DNA of 64,000 nucleotides from Spirochaetia bacterium (GTDB taxonomy: Bacteria > Spirochaetota > Spirochaetia > DSM-2461). Made by a program: the position numbers and the translations under genes. This document shows positions 41,114-50,690 of this stretch, in pieces. Each line of letters starts with the position of its first letter. Position 1 is the stretch's first letter. The notes beneath the pieces were generated by a model that made no database searches, had not been told where the DNA came from, and saw only the letters and a program-made list of their open reading frames with translations. The stretch lies in assembly GCA_963668315.1 (NCBI GenBank), contig OY764216.1, forward strand, positions 1,376,001-1,440,000. The letters run 5' to 3'.

Positions 41114-41584
41114 GTGTCGAATGGTTTTGTAAAGGATAAGGAAGACCTGTTTGAATTAATGGAGAAATTCGAAAAATCTGATATGAGCGAACTGACTCTC
41201 AAATTTGACGATCAGCTCATTAAAATGAAAAAGGGGGGCGATCAGAATATTATGGCACCCCTGGCTCCCATGGCCCAGCAGTACGCCGCTGCACCTGCGG
41301 TATCCGCAAGTGCTCCGGCTTCCGATGCTCCGGCCGCCGTCGAGGGTGAAATTATCTCCGCCCCTCTGGTGGGAACCTTTTACCGTCAGCCCGCACCGGA
41401 TGCCCCTCCCTTCGTAGAAGCGGGGACCAAAGTTAAAGCCGGTGACACTCTTTGTATTCTGGAAGCCATGAAGATCATGAATGAGCTGGAAGCGGAGTTT
41501 GACTGTGAAATACTGGAAGTTCTGATTGATTCGGGGGCTCTCGCCGAATTCGGAACACCTCTTTACCGGGTAAAACGCTTATGA
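41114..41584 (+). CDS. accB: Acetyl-CoA carboxylase biotin carboxyl carrier protein
   Basis: SAPLVGTFY, EAMKIMNE, Ala/Pro linker. Confidence 0.95.
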   Translation: MSNGFVKDKEDLFELMEKFEKSDMSELTLKFDDQLIKMKKGGDQNIMAPLAPMAQQYAAAPAVSASAPASDAPAAVEGEIISAPLVGTFYRQPAPDAPPFVEAGTKVKAGDTLCILEAMKIMNELEAEFDCEILEVLIDSGALAEFGTPLYRVKRL

Positions 41585-42897
41585 TCAAGCGCCTTCTGAT
41601 AGCAAACAGAGGGGAGATCGCCGTTCGAATTATCAGAACTTGCCGCGAATTGGACATTGAAACGGTTGTGGTTTATTCCCAGGCGGACGAAGACTCCCTG
41701 CCCGTAAAAATGGCTGATCAGGCCGTTTGCATTGGACCTCCGTCCTCCACGGAGAGTTATCTTAAGAAAGAAAGCCTCATCAGTACGGCCCTGGCCACGA
41801 GATGTGAGGCTATACATCCCGGGGTCGGTTTTCTTTCGGAGAACGCCGATTTTGCCGAAATGTCCAGGGAGGCAGGTCTGATCTTTATCGGTCCCGACCC
41901 CCGGGTCACCCGGATGCTGGGAGACAAGGTTCAGGCCAAGAGAACCGCCGATGAAGCGGGTCTTCCCCTGATCCCCGGCAGCGACGGCGCTGTGGAGTCG
42001 GTGGAAAAGGCTCTGGAACTGTCCAGGAGTATGGGATTCCCCCTTATCGTGAAAGCAGCTTCCGGCGGCGGCGGAAAGGGTATGCGCATCGTTAATTCCG
42101 AAGCGGAATTGAAATCGGCATTTCCCATAGCCAGCCAGGAGGCGGCCAATAATTTCGGCGACCCGACTCTGTATATGGAAAAATACATGACCAGGCCCCG
42201 TCACGTGGAAGTTCAGCTTCTGGCCGACGGTAAGGATAACGTCATCTATCTGGGGGAGAGGGATTGTTCTGTACAGAAAAATCACCAGAAACTCCTGGAA
42301 GAGTCTCCCTCCACCATCCTTACCGATGATATGCGGGACAGGATTGAAAAAGCTTCGGTGACCCTTTTCAGAAATATCGGGTACTGCGGAGCGGGAACGA
42401 TCGAATTCCTCGTGGAAGGGGGAGAGTTCTTTTTCATGGAGGTCAACGCCCGGGTGCAGGTGGAACATACCGTTACCGAACTCATGACGGGAGTGGATAT
42501 AATCCGCCAGCAGATTCTGGCCTGTACCACCGGTCGGATGGAAATAACCCAGGACGATGTGAATGTTAAGGGTTATGCCCTTGAGGCCCGTATCAATGCC
42601 AGAGGTGCCGGTCGGATTACAAACTTTTTTCCTCCCCTGGGACCCTACGTCAGGGTTGATACTCATATCTTCCCCGGCTATCTGGTTCCTCCCTATTACG
42701 ATTCCATGATAGCGAAGGTTCTTGTTCAGGCACCCAACAGAACACAGGGAATCAAGCGGATGATCCGTGTTCTCAAGGAAATGGAGCTGGAAGGGGTAGA
42801 GACCAACCGGGATGAGCAGATCGTTCTGCTGAAATGCCGTCCCTTCCAGTCGGGTAATTTCGATACGGCCCTCTACGGCCAGATCATTAAAGACTGA
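41581..42897 (+). CDS. accC: Biotin carboxylase
   Basis: IANRGEIA, GGGGKGMR, ERDCSVQ, EVNARVQVEH. Confidence 0.95.
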   Translation: MIKRLLIANRGEIAVRIIRTCRELDIETVVVYSQADEDSLPVKMADQAVCIGPPSSTESYLKKESLISTALATRCEAIHPGVGFLSENADFAEMSREAGLIFIGPDPRVTRMLGDKVQAKRTADEAGLPLIPGSDGAVESVEKALELSRSMGFPLIVKAASGGGGKGMRIVNSEAELKSAFPIASQEAANNFGDPTLYMEKYMTRPRHVEVQLLADGKDNVIYLGERDCSVQKNHQKLLEESPSTILTDDMRDRIEKASVTLFRNIGYCGAGTIEFLVEGGEFFFMEVNARVQVEHTVTELMTGVDIIRQQILACTTGRMEITQDDVNVKGYALEARINARGAGRITNFFPPLGPYVRVDTHIFPGYLVPPYYDSMIAKVLVQAPNRTQGIKRMIRVLKEMELEGVETNRDEQIVLLKCRPFQSGNFDTALYGQIIKD

Positions 42898-42907
42898 GGA
42901 TAACCCT

Positions 42908-43708
42908 ATGGTAGATATGAATAATCCCTATGCCCAGGTCCAGGAGGCAGAGTGCCCCCGGTGCATGACCGTCATGACCGCCGAGGCTATGAAAAATCAC
43001 TATCAGGTATGCACAGGCTGCGGCTATCACTTCCGCATGCCCGCCGCCGCCCGAATCCATCATATTGTTGACGAAGGTTCTTTTCAGGAAATGGATCATG
43101 ACCTGGTCAGTAAAAACCCCATTGCCATCAAGGGGTACGAGGAGAAAATCTCCGAGGCCCAGAAAAAGTCCGATCTGTCCGATGCCGTGGTAACCGGTAC
43201 CGCCAGAATCGACGGGCAGAACTGTGTCCTGGGGGTTATGTCCTTCCAGTTCATGGGAGGCAGCATGGGATCCGTCGTAGGTGAGAAGATCACCCGGGCC
43301 ATGCTTCATGGAGCCGATACGAATCAGCCTGTGATTCTCTTTACCGCTTCCGGCGGCGCCCGTATGCAGGAGGGAATCTTTTCCCTGATGCAGATGGCAA
43401 AAACGGCCAATGCCGCCGCCCTGCTTGATGATCTGGGTATCCCCCTGTTTATCGTTCTTACCCATCCTACTACCGGTGGTGTAACGGCTTCCTTCGCCAT
43501 GCTGGGCGATGTCACTCTGGCCGAACCGGGCGCCCTGATCGGGTTTGCCGGTCCCCGGGTTATCGAGGGAACGATCAATAAGAAACTTCCCGCCGGTTTC
43601 CAGAGTGCCGAATTCCAGCAGGAAAAGGGGTTCGTTGATAAAATCGTCCCCCGGAAGGAACTCAAAAAGACCCTGTCCTTTCTGATCAGGACCCATACAG
43701 GAGCGTAA
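42908..43708 (+). CDS. accD: Acetyl-CoA carboxylase carboxyltransferase beta subunit
   Basis: CPRC..CTGC zinc finger, GGSMGSVVGEK, SGGARMQEG, GFAGPRVIE. Confidence 0.95.
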   Translation: MVDMNNPYAQVQEAECPRCMTVMTAEAMKNHYQVCTGCGYHFRMPAAARIHHIVDEGSFQEMDHDLVSKNPIAIKGYEEKISEAQKKSDLSDAVVTGTARIDGQNCVLGVMSFQFMGGSMGSVVGEKITRAMLHGADTNQPVILFTASGGARMQEGIFSLMQMAKTANAAALLDDLGIPLFIVLTHPTTGGVTASFAMLGDVTLAEPGALIGFAGPRVIEGTINKKLPAGFQSAEFQQEKGFVDKIVPRKELKKTLSFLIRTHTGA

Positions 43709-43711
43709 GCT

Positions 43712-44671
43712 GTGGACGAACTGAAAAACAAGCTGGAAGAGCTGAAGGCTCTGGCCGGCAAGGAAAATCTGGATATAAACAAAAATCTGGCAGAGATCGA
43801 GGCTATGCTCAATGTGGGCAAGGATTCTCCCACCTGGGAAAAGGTCCAGCTGGCCCGCCGCCTGGACAGACCGGGGGCTCTTGAATACATCAGCCTGATC
43901 TGCGACGAGTTCATGGAGCTGCACGGCGACCGTTATTTCAAGGATGATCCGGCCCTTATCGGAGGCATCGGCACAATCAACGGTCAGGCCATCACTTTTA
44001 TCGGAAATCAGAAGGGTTCCAACCTCAAGGAGAACCTCTACCGCAACCACGGTATGGGAAGCCCCGAAGGCTACCGGAAGGCCCTGCGCCTGGTTAAACA
44101 GGCCGAGAAGTTCCACCGTCCTGTCGTCTCCTTCATAGATACATCGGGTGCCTATCCCGGACCCGAAGCGGAAGCGCGGGGAATCGGAGAGGCTATTGCC
44201 CGGAATCTCAAGGAATTTTCCCTGGTGAAGGTTCCCATTATCTGTTTCGTCATTGGCGAAGGCGGATCGGGCGGTGCCCTGGGAATCGGCGTGGGCGATA
44301 AGCTTTACATGCTGGAAAATTCCATCTACTCCGTCATATCCCCGGAAGGTTTCGCTTCGATTCTTCTGCGTGACAGCAATAAGGCCAAGGAAGCGGCGGA
44401 TATCATGAAGATGACAGCCAAGGATCTCTTCGAGTTCGGCATTATACACGGCATCATTCCCGAAGCTCCCGGCGGAGCCCAGAATGATCCGTCCTACACC
44501 GCGAATATGATCAAGGAGCTCATCCTTTCCAATATCGAAGTGCTTAGTAAAAAGAAACCGGACAGCCTCATACGCTACCGGTCCCGTAAAATCCGGGAAA
44601 TCGGTCAGTTTACCGAAAACGCCGGGAAAGAGCAGGACCTTTTCAGTCTGTTTTCCCGTCTCTTCTCATAA
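43712..44671 (+). CDS. accA: Acetyl-CoA carboxylase carboxyltransferase alpha subunit
   Basis: ELHGDR, PEGYRKALR, GEGGSGGAL, SVISPEG. Confidence 0.95.
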   Translation: MDELKNKLEELKALAGKENLDINKNLAEIEAMLNVGKDSPTWEKVQLARRLDRPGALEYISLICDEFMELHGDRYFKDDPALIGGIGTINGQAITFIGNQKGSNLKENLYRNHGMGSPEGYRKALRLVKQAEKFHRPVVSFIDTSGAYPGPEAEARGIGEAIARNLKEFSLVKVPIICFVIGEGGSGGALGIGVGDKLYMLENSIYSVISPEGFASILLRDSNKAKEAADIMKMTAKDLFEFGIIHGIIPEAPGGAQNDPSYTANMIKELILSNIEVLSKKKPDSLIRYRSRKIREIGQFTENAGKEQDLFSLFSRLFS

Positions 44672-45587
44672 ACTCATGCGGGGTTCGGTTCTTCCGGATC
44701 CCGCTGTTATTTTCCCTGCCCGCTGGATGAATTTCGTCATAAACGACAAGGCACCTCTCCCGCAGAGACCGTAGAACCGGAGAGTCTTTCACGGGGTTAC
44801 CAAGAAGGTTCACATATTCCAGGTCAGGCAGATTCATCAGAGGGCTTAGATCTTCCACTTCGTTAAACGAAAGATCCACCGTCTTGAGGCTTTTTAAGAA
44901 TTCCAGAGGGGATATATCCTCTATTTCGTTTCTGCCCAGATAGAGTGCGGAAAGACAGGGAATCTCATCGATCCCCCATAATCTTGCTATTCTATTTCCC
45001 TCCAGATTCAGGCTGGTTATATTCCGGCAGTATTCAATCCCCTTAAGATCTTCTATTTCACTCCATGAGAGATCCAGGGCACCTTCCAGATAGTAAAGAT
45101 CCTTGGGGAGAAAATCGGAAAAAAGATTCCCGTACATCATGGCATGGACCGCTTCGAGGAAGCCCCAATTCTCCGAAATCTCTTCTCTTACAGAGAGCCC
45201 GTCCAGGTAATCCGTCCAAAGACCGTCGCCCCTATGAACCATCTCGCCATCGGTTGTGTAGGTCTCATGAACGGTCGGGATGGTCTGAACGGGGACTTCC
45301 GAGGCTATCTTGATATTCTGTCTCATCCTCATCAGAGCTCTGTTGTTGCCTTCGGCTGTATAATGGCGGATCATATTGTGAAAATGACTTTTTCTGTCCG
45401 GATGGAACATCACCATAAGTCTTTTAAAGAGCCGGCCGCCCTTTGCCGGGAAATCCTCCGGATTCAGCCCCGCACTCCGGGCCAGGGCATCAAGTGTTTC
45501 CCTGTCTCTTCTCCCATAGGCATTAATGATCCTGGAGGTGATTTTCCCCAGATTTTCTTCACTGTAAAGTCTTAATAAATCTTTCAC
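44643..45587 (-). CDS. Leucine-rich repeat protein with N-terminal HPD (J-domain-like) segment
   Basis: FKRLMVMFHPDR; about five LxxLxLxxNxIxDLxPL repeats. Confidence 0.75.
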   Translation of the reverse strand: MKDLLRLYSEENLGKITSRIINAYGRRDRETLDALARSAGLNPEDFPAKGGRLFKRLMVMFHPDRKSHFHNMIRHYTAEGNNRALMRMRQNIKIASEVPVQTIPTVHETYTTDGEMVHRGDGLWTDYLDGLSVREEISENWGFLEAVHAMMYGNLFSDFLPKDLYYLEGALDLSWSEIEDLKGIEYCRNITSLNLEGNRIARLWGIDEIPCLSALYLGRNEIEDISPLEFLKSLKTVDLSFNEVEDLSPLMNLPDLEYVNLLGNPVKDSPVLRSLRERCLVVYDEIHPAGRENNSGIRKNRTPHEFMRRDGKTD

Positions 45588-45793
45588 GATTCCCCCTGTT
45601 TGACGGAAGCATTCTTGACAAAAAAAGAAAAGAATACTAGAATTTAGTTAACGAATTATAAATATATATCCGGTAAAGAAATAATTAATTAATCGCCTTG
45701 TGGTAATATAGCTCTTACCTTTTATGGAATCAAGAATAAGCTTCAATTTTCTCTTTTTTGAATCCGGGGAAACATGGTATAGTTTTATTTATT

Positions 45794-46600
45794 ATGGCAT
45801 TTCAACGTATAGGGGAGCTTTCCGGACTGACGGGAATCCCCGCATCAACACTCAGATTTTATGAGACCCATGGAATTACCCAACCTCTTAAAGAAGCTCA
45901 AAATCAGTATCGCTTATACACTCCGCAGGATTCCTGCCGTGTTTTAATCACGAAAATGTTGAGAAGTTTCGGGTGTAATCTGGATGAGGCTTTTCAGGTC
46001 GTGACCAGAAATGATTTGCCTTCCACACTGGATTTTCTGGAAGAGAGAGAAAGACAGCTCGATAGGGAGATCGGCATGCTGGAAGATCGGAAACGGGGGC
46101 TACAGGAGCATAGGAAACGAATCGGGGATACCATGGCGTTACAGGGGCGTGTTAAAATCTCAGAACGAAATGCTTTCTATCGTTTCGCTTCAATCTCGGG
46201 GGGGCAGATTCTGAAAAACCATCAGCTTAAGGAACTTTCCTCTCAATGGATGGAACAGCTGCCTTTTCTCCATTATTCCATGGAGATTCCGGTCGGAAAA
46301 GAGGGCGTTTATCCCGAGGATGTGTCCTGGGGATTCTCTATGGATGAGAAGGAGCTTGACAAACTGAATCTGGAAATCCCCCGTGAGGCGGAATATTTCC
46401 CCTCATCCAGAGTTGTGGAGACCTGTCTTCTTCGAGAATCGGCCGGTTTTCTGGATGAGAGAGACCGGGATATCGTCAGGCAGTTCCGGGAAATCTCTCC
46501 CTGTGAAATCACCGGTCCTGTGGTCGGAGAGTTTTTAATGATATGCCATGAGGACGGCCAGGAGTACTATCTCTATCATCTCAGCTGTTCAGTTAAATAA
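45794..46600 (+). CDS. MerR family transcriptional regulator
   Basis: RIGELSGLTGIPASTLRFYE..NQYRLY. Confidence 0.92.
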   Translation: MAFQRIGELSGLTGIPASTLRFYETHGITQPLKEAQNQYRLYTPQDSCRVLITKMLRSFGCNLDEAFQVVTRNDLPSTLDFLEERERQLDREIGMLEDRKRGLQEHRKRIGDTMALQGRVKISERNAFYRFASISGGQILKNHQLKELSSQWMEQLPFLHYSMEIPVGKEGVYPEDVSWGFSMDEKELDKLNLEIPREAEYFPSSRVVETCLLRESAGFLDERDRDIVRQFREISPCEITGPVVGEFLMICHEDGQEYYLYHLSCSVK

Positions 46601-46625
46601 ATAACGATAAAATTATATCTTTTCC

Positions 46626-46656
46626 TTGACCTTCAAGCGGCTTTAAACTTTATGCT
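46626..46656 (+). promoter_or_regulatory. MerR-type promoter/operator for the second flavoprotein gene
   Basis: TTGACC-19 bp-TATGCT with imperfect dyad TTCAAG-cgg-CTTTAA. Confidence 0.8.
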
Positions 46657-46701
46657 TACCCCTGTTATCCCCTCTATTCAAGGTGAGGGGCAGGAGGAAT
46701 T

Positions 46702-48558
46702 ATGAGTTTACTTAGAAAATCAGGTATGATCTTCCTTTTTTTCGCAGCCTTTTTTTGTCTGTTGATCGGCTGTTCCGGAGGAAAGGGTGATTTGACATTC
46801 AACGCGGGAACTTACCAGGCCGAGGGGCAAGGGCATAACGGGCCTGTTCAGGTAGAAGTAAAGTTCAGCGGCAGCAAAATTGAAACTGTGCGGGTCACTG
46901 AGCATAACGAATCGGATGGAATCGCCGACAAAGCTCTTGAGACGATTCCCATGGAGATTGTCAAGGAACAGAGCCTCTCCGTGGATACTGTCTCCGGCGC
47001 CACCTATGTCAGTCGGGCGATTATTGATGCGGTAGCCGATGCGGTAAAGCAGGCGGGAGAAGATCCCGCTAAGCTGATTGGCGAGGTTGCAGGGAAGAGT
47101 GAGAAAGGGGAAGTGAAGGACATTGAAACTCAGGTCGTCATAGCGGGTGCCGGTGGAGCCGGACTGGCTGCGGCAACAGCCTCCATCCAGGCCGGCTACG
47201 AGACGATTCTTCTGGAGAAACAGTCCTATGCGGGCGGCGGCTTCAATTACGTGGAAGGTGTCTTCGGACTGGACAGCCCTATCCAGAAAGCGGCCGGTGT
47301 TGATCTGGATCTGGAGGAGATGTTCAAGGAATCCATGGATTTTCATCACTGGCTTGCCAATTCCGCTTTGGTTAAGGCTTTCTATGAGAATGCCGGCGAT
47401 TCCATTCAATGGCTTATGGACAGGGGTGTGAAATTCCGCGGGGTTATTACGGCCAATCCGCCGAACGGCAATGTGGCCTGGCACCTTTTCGAGGGAGGTC
47501 AGGCGGGACGTCTGGCTGTTCAGTCTCTGAAAAAAATTATTGAAGAGAGTCCTAACGGGCAGCTGCTGTTTGAAACACCCGCCCGGGAGCTGATTATTGA
47601 AAATGGAAAAGTGGCCGGCATCAAAGCGGTTCAGGCGGACGGAACCGTGCTGAACATCCATGCCGATGCCGTCATTCTGGCAACGGGCGGTTTTTCCAGT
47701 AATGAGGAGCTGAAGGAGAAGTATCTCCGCTTTTCCGGATATCAGAATATCGGAGCCGGCGGACGGGAGGGTGACGGTATCCGAATGCTGGAGCAGGTTG
47801 ATGCCCAGTTCACCGGGATGAGCGCCGTACTGGAAGCCGGACTGGTTATGCCCATTCCGATCAGCCAGCAGATGGGACCGGAAACCCGTTATCCCGGAAT
47901 TCTGGGGACGATCTATAATGAGGGACTTCTGACTGTCAGCCAGCAGGGAGACCGGTACATGAACGAGAGACTGCCCATCGAATTCCGGTCCAATGCCACG
48001 GAAAAAGTGGGAGGGAAGGCCTACGTCGTCTTTGATCAGAAAACCGTCAGGGAATTTATGACGACCGGGCAGAGATTCGGCTTCGGAGCCCCCTCTGTCC
48101 TGCCCCAGCTGCAGGAAGGACTGGATCTGGCTCTTTCCGAGAATGCCGAATGGATAGCCAAGGCCGACAGTCTGGAGGAACTGGCCGAAAAGACCGGTAT
48201 GGATCCTCAAAGACTCGGGGTGAGCGTTTCAAAGATTAATCAGTATACCGCCGACGGTTATGACCCCGATTATTATCTGGAGAAAAAAGCCCTTTTCTCC
48301 ATAGACGAAGGACCTTTCTATGCCGTGGAAGTTGTTCTGGGAATGTATGCCACGGTGGGCGGTTCCCAGGTGACCAAAGATCTTCAGGTCGTTAATACTA
48401 AGGGTGAGATTGTGCCCGGACTGTATGCAATCGGCCTAGATGCGGGCGGACTTTACGGAGATACCTACGATATGCGCATAGCCAATGGCGCAGCCAGCGG
48501 ATTCTCCATCACCAGTGCCCGGCTGGCGGTAAGGCATATAGAGAGCTGGCTGAAATAG
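46702..48558 (+). CDS. Lipoprotein FAD-dependent oxidoreductase with N-terminal FMN-binding domain
   Basis: Lipobox LIG-C; DTVSGAT; IAGAGGAG; LATGG; VPGLYAIG. Confidence 0.9.
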   Translation: MSLLRKSGMIFLFFAAFFCLLIGCSGGKGDLTFNAGTYQAEGQGHNGPVQVEVKFSGSKIETVRVTEHNESDGIADKALETIPMEIVKEQSLSVDTVSGATYVSRAIIDAVADAVKQAGEDPAKLIGEVAGKSEKGEVKDIETQVVIAGAGGAGLAAATASIQAGYETILLEKQSYAGGGFNYVEGVFGLDSPIQKAAGVDLDLEEMFKESMDFHHWLANSALVKAFYENAGDSIQWLMDRGVKFRGVITANPPNGNVAWHLFEGGQAGRLAVQSLKKIIEESPNGQLLFETPARELIIENGKVAGIKAVQADGTVLNIHADAVILATGGFSSNEELKEKYLRFSGYQNIGAGGREGDGIRMLEQVDAQFTGMSAVLEAGLVMPIPISQQMGPETRYPGILGTIYNEGLLTVSQQGDRYMNERLPIEFRSNATEKVGGKAYVVFDQKTVREFMTTGQRFGFGAPSVLPQLQEGLDLALSENAEWIAKADSLEELAEKTGMDPQRLGVSVSKINQYTADGYDPDYYLEKKALFSIDEGPFYAVEVVLGMYATVGGSQVTKDLQVVNTKGEIVPGLYAIGLDAGGLYGDTYDMRIANGAASGFSITSARLAVRHIESWLK

Positions 48559-48582
48559 TCAGGAAAATGTAATCATATCCGC

Positions 48583-48621
48583 AAAAAAAAGCCCGTCACG
48601 GAGAAGATCCGGCGGGCTTTT
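48583..48621. terminator. Probable bidirectional terminator
   Basis: A-run, GCCCG..CGGGC stem, T-run, between convergent genes. Confidence 0.7.
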
Positions 48622-48671
48622 CTATTATAGGAATCCCGTAAAGGGGATTCATTGAATTCGGGAGAACCGGT

Positions 48672-48983
48672 TTATTTCTTTTCTTCCAGAGTTACCCGTT
48701 CCTCATCCAGCAGCTTTTCGTATTCCACCAGAACAGATTCGGCTTCCTTGAGAGATTCAAGGGCTTCCGCCGCGGTATTTTTGGCCTCCAACGAAGAGTT
48801 GAGCAGGCTTATGAGTGCTTCTCCCTGTTCCAGAAGAGCCATGTTCTGCCTTTCAAGAGCCTCTATCCTCTCTTCCTGATTGTTCAGTACTTCCAGAAAA
48901 GGGTTGGAAGAAGTGTATTCGCTCTCATCGGTCAGCACCAGAAGCGTATCTAATTGACCATTAATAACAACTTTCTTAATCAT
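48672..48983 (-). CDS. Hypothetical coiled-coil protein
   Basis: Glu/Leu-rich helical ORF with upstream TTGTTT-17-TACGAT. Confidence 0.6.
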   Translation of the reverse strand: MIKKVVINGQLDTLLVLTDESEYTSSNPFLEVLNNQEERIEALERQNMALLEQGEALISLLNSSLEAKNTAAEALESLKEAESVLVEYEKLLDEERVTLEEKK

Positions 48984-49026
48984 TCTTCTCTAATCGTAAC
49001 AGTTCGTCTCCGGTAAAACAAGTCTT

Positions 49027-50508
49027 TTATCCCTCTTTTTGGAGAAGAGGTTCGGGAAGATGGGCTTTGTTCAGCAAATCGGGCAGGCTTTTTACGGGAT
49101 TAAAGCATTTCGCAGGGATTTCCACAAATGTCGTATTCCAGAAAGCCATCGATCCATTCCAGAGACCGGGGTGCTCCAAGGCTTTCAAGGGGCGACCGTT
49201 AAGGGATTTTTCCACGGTAAAAACGGCATTTCTGTCCACAAATTCCTCAAGATCGATTTTCTCGCCTGAGCAGTTTTTCGGGGAACAGGCAATAAAGACG
49301 GGATTGAAGTGGGTTATCCCTTTCAGTTTTTCTTCGGTCCCTTCCTGCTTCCGGTCTATCTGAGCCGTTTCCACTATCTGGAGCGAGCAGTTGCCCCGGC
49401 CGTCGATAATCCAGAAGGGACCGCCACCCGTATCTCCGTCGTTTCTCACCATGCCGCAGATCCTTACGGGGCGGTTCAGACGCTTCAGAAGGGTCCGGGT
49501 ATCCTCTCTGCCGCAGGAATCAATCCCGCTCCAGCGCTTGAGGGCCTTGCAGGCCGCCTCATGGCTGGCATCGTCCGGGTTCCGGCGCAGATTCTCTTCG
49601 GCCTGGGCCAGTTCTTCCCGGGCTGAAATCAGCAGGGCTCCGAAAATACGGAACCACCGGGCCGAGAGCTCTCTGTATGAACCGGATCCCACATTGTCGA
49701 TGTTCTTGAGAAATATGATATCCTTCTCCAGGGTGTTCAGGTTTCTTATAAGAGAGCCGTGCCCGCCGGGACGCATGAGGAGTGAGCCGTCCTCCCTTCT
49801 GAACAGTTCGCCCTTACCGTCCAGGGCAGGCGTATCGGTTCCCGGCTCCTGAAAGGAGTAACTGATGTTGTATTTTACTCCGAACCTTTCCTCCAGGAAG
49901 GGTACGATCTCTTTCTGCTTTGCTTCAAACAGTCTTTTATGGTCGGGGGAAATGGTGAAATGGATATTCACGGTGCCTTCCCCCTGACAGAGAGCTCCCT
50001 CGCGCAGATGATCTTCAAAGGGTGTTATGCTCCGGCCCTCTTCGCGATGAAAGGGAAGCATGCCCTTGGGGAGAGCGCCCCAGTTCCAGCCTTCCTCTCC
50101 GAGAAGAAAGCTCAGGAGAGCCCATTTCTCTTCATCCCTTTCCGGTTCGCCCTTTATGCCCAGATCGGGATAAAAGGAGAAATCCTTCAGGTTTTCAAAG
50201 AATCTGACGGTGTCCGATGTATCGGTCCCTTTATCCAGATAGGAGAAGAAGTCCTTGAACATCCGGGTGGCTGCCCCCGAGGCGGGTACGAATTTTTCCG
50301 AAGAGAAATTATTCTTGCGGGAAAGCCATATCTTTTCGAGGGCGGCTGTCTCTTCTTCGTTCAATTTCAGAATTCCGTCGCCCACAACGGCGGGACGGAC
50401 AAGGTCGGCAGGTGCGGCGCCCTTTCTGAGAGTTTCCACCAGAAGAAAGAATTCTTCCTCTCCCATACCTCTGTCTTTCAGCATTTTCCTGTCTTCTTCG
50501 GTAAGCAT
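49027..50508 (-). CDS. DUF4301 family protein
   Basis: KFVPASGAATRMFK, RPGGHGSL, FLKNIDNV, GGGPFW, HFNPV, EHPGLWNGSM. Confidence 0.85.
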   Translation of the reverse strand: MLTEEDRKMLKDRGMGEEEFFLLVETLRKGAAPADLVRPAVVGDGILKLNEEETAALEKIWLSRKNNFSSEKFVPASGAATRMFKDFFSYLDKGTDTSDTVRFFENLKDFSFYPDLGIKGEPERDEEKWALLSFLLGEEGWNWGALPKGMLPFHREEGRSITPFEDHLREGALCQGEGTVNIHFTISPDHKRLFEAKQKEIVPFLEERFGVKYNISYSFQEPGTDTPALDGKGELFRREDGSLLMRPGGHGSLIRNLNTLEKDIIFLKNIDNVGSGSYRELSARWFRIFGALLISAREELAQAEENLRRNPDDASHEAACKALKRWSGIDSCGREDTRTLLKRLNRPVRICGMVRNDGDTGGGPFWIIDGRGNCSLQIVETAQIDRKQEGTEEKLKGITHFNPVFIACSPKNCSGEKIDLEEFVDRNAVFTVEKSLNGRPLKALEHPGLWNGSMAFWNTTFVEIPAKCFNPVKSLPDLLNKAHLPEPLLQKEG

Positions 50509-50690
50509 TCTTTATCCTTTTTAATATCTGGAATAGTTTCAATATATCATAGGATCGGGGATTAATCCTGTCAGCTTTTTATGAGAACGGCCATTTTCGG
50601 GAAAGATGTTTTTACCTTGGGTAAAAAAACTTGACCTTTTGCATCTGCCTTAGTATTTTAGGTGAAAACAAAAGGCATCATGAGGTTAAT

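Noticed and set aside
42887..44449. 520-aa - strand ORF
   Set aside because: Antisense to accD/accA.
45600..45790. AT-rich intergenic tract as a possible ncRNA
   Set aside because: Has TTGACA-17-TAGAAT but no convincing structure or terminator; treated as a divergent promoter region.
46720..48210. 496-aa - strand ORF
   Set aside because: Antisense to the second flavoprotein gene.
50510..50690. CIRCE element or hrcA upstream of grpE
   Set aside because: No TTAGCACTC-N9-GAGTGCTAA and no hrcA ORF found.
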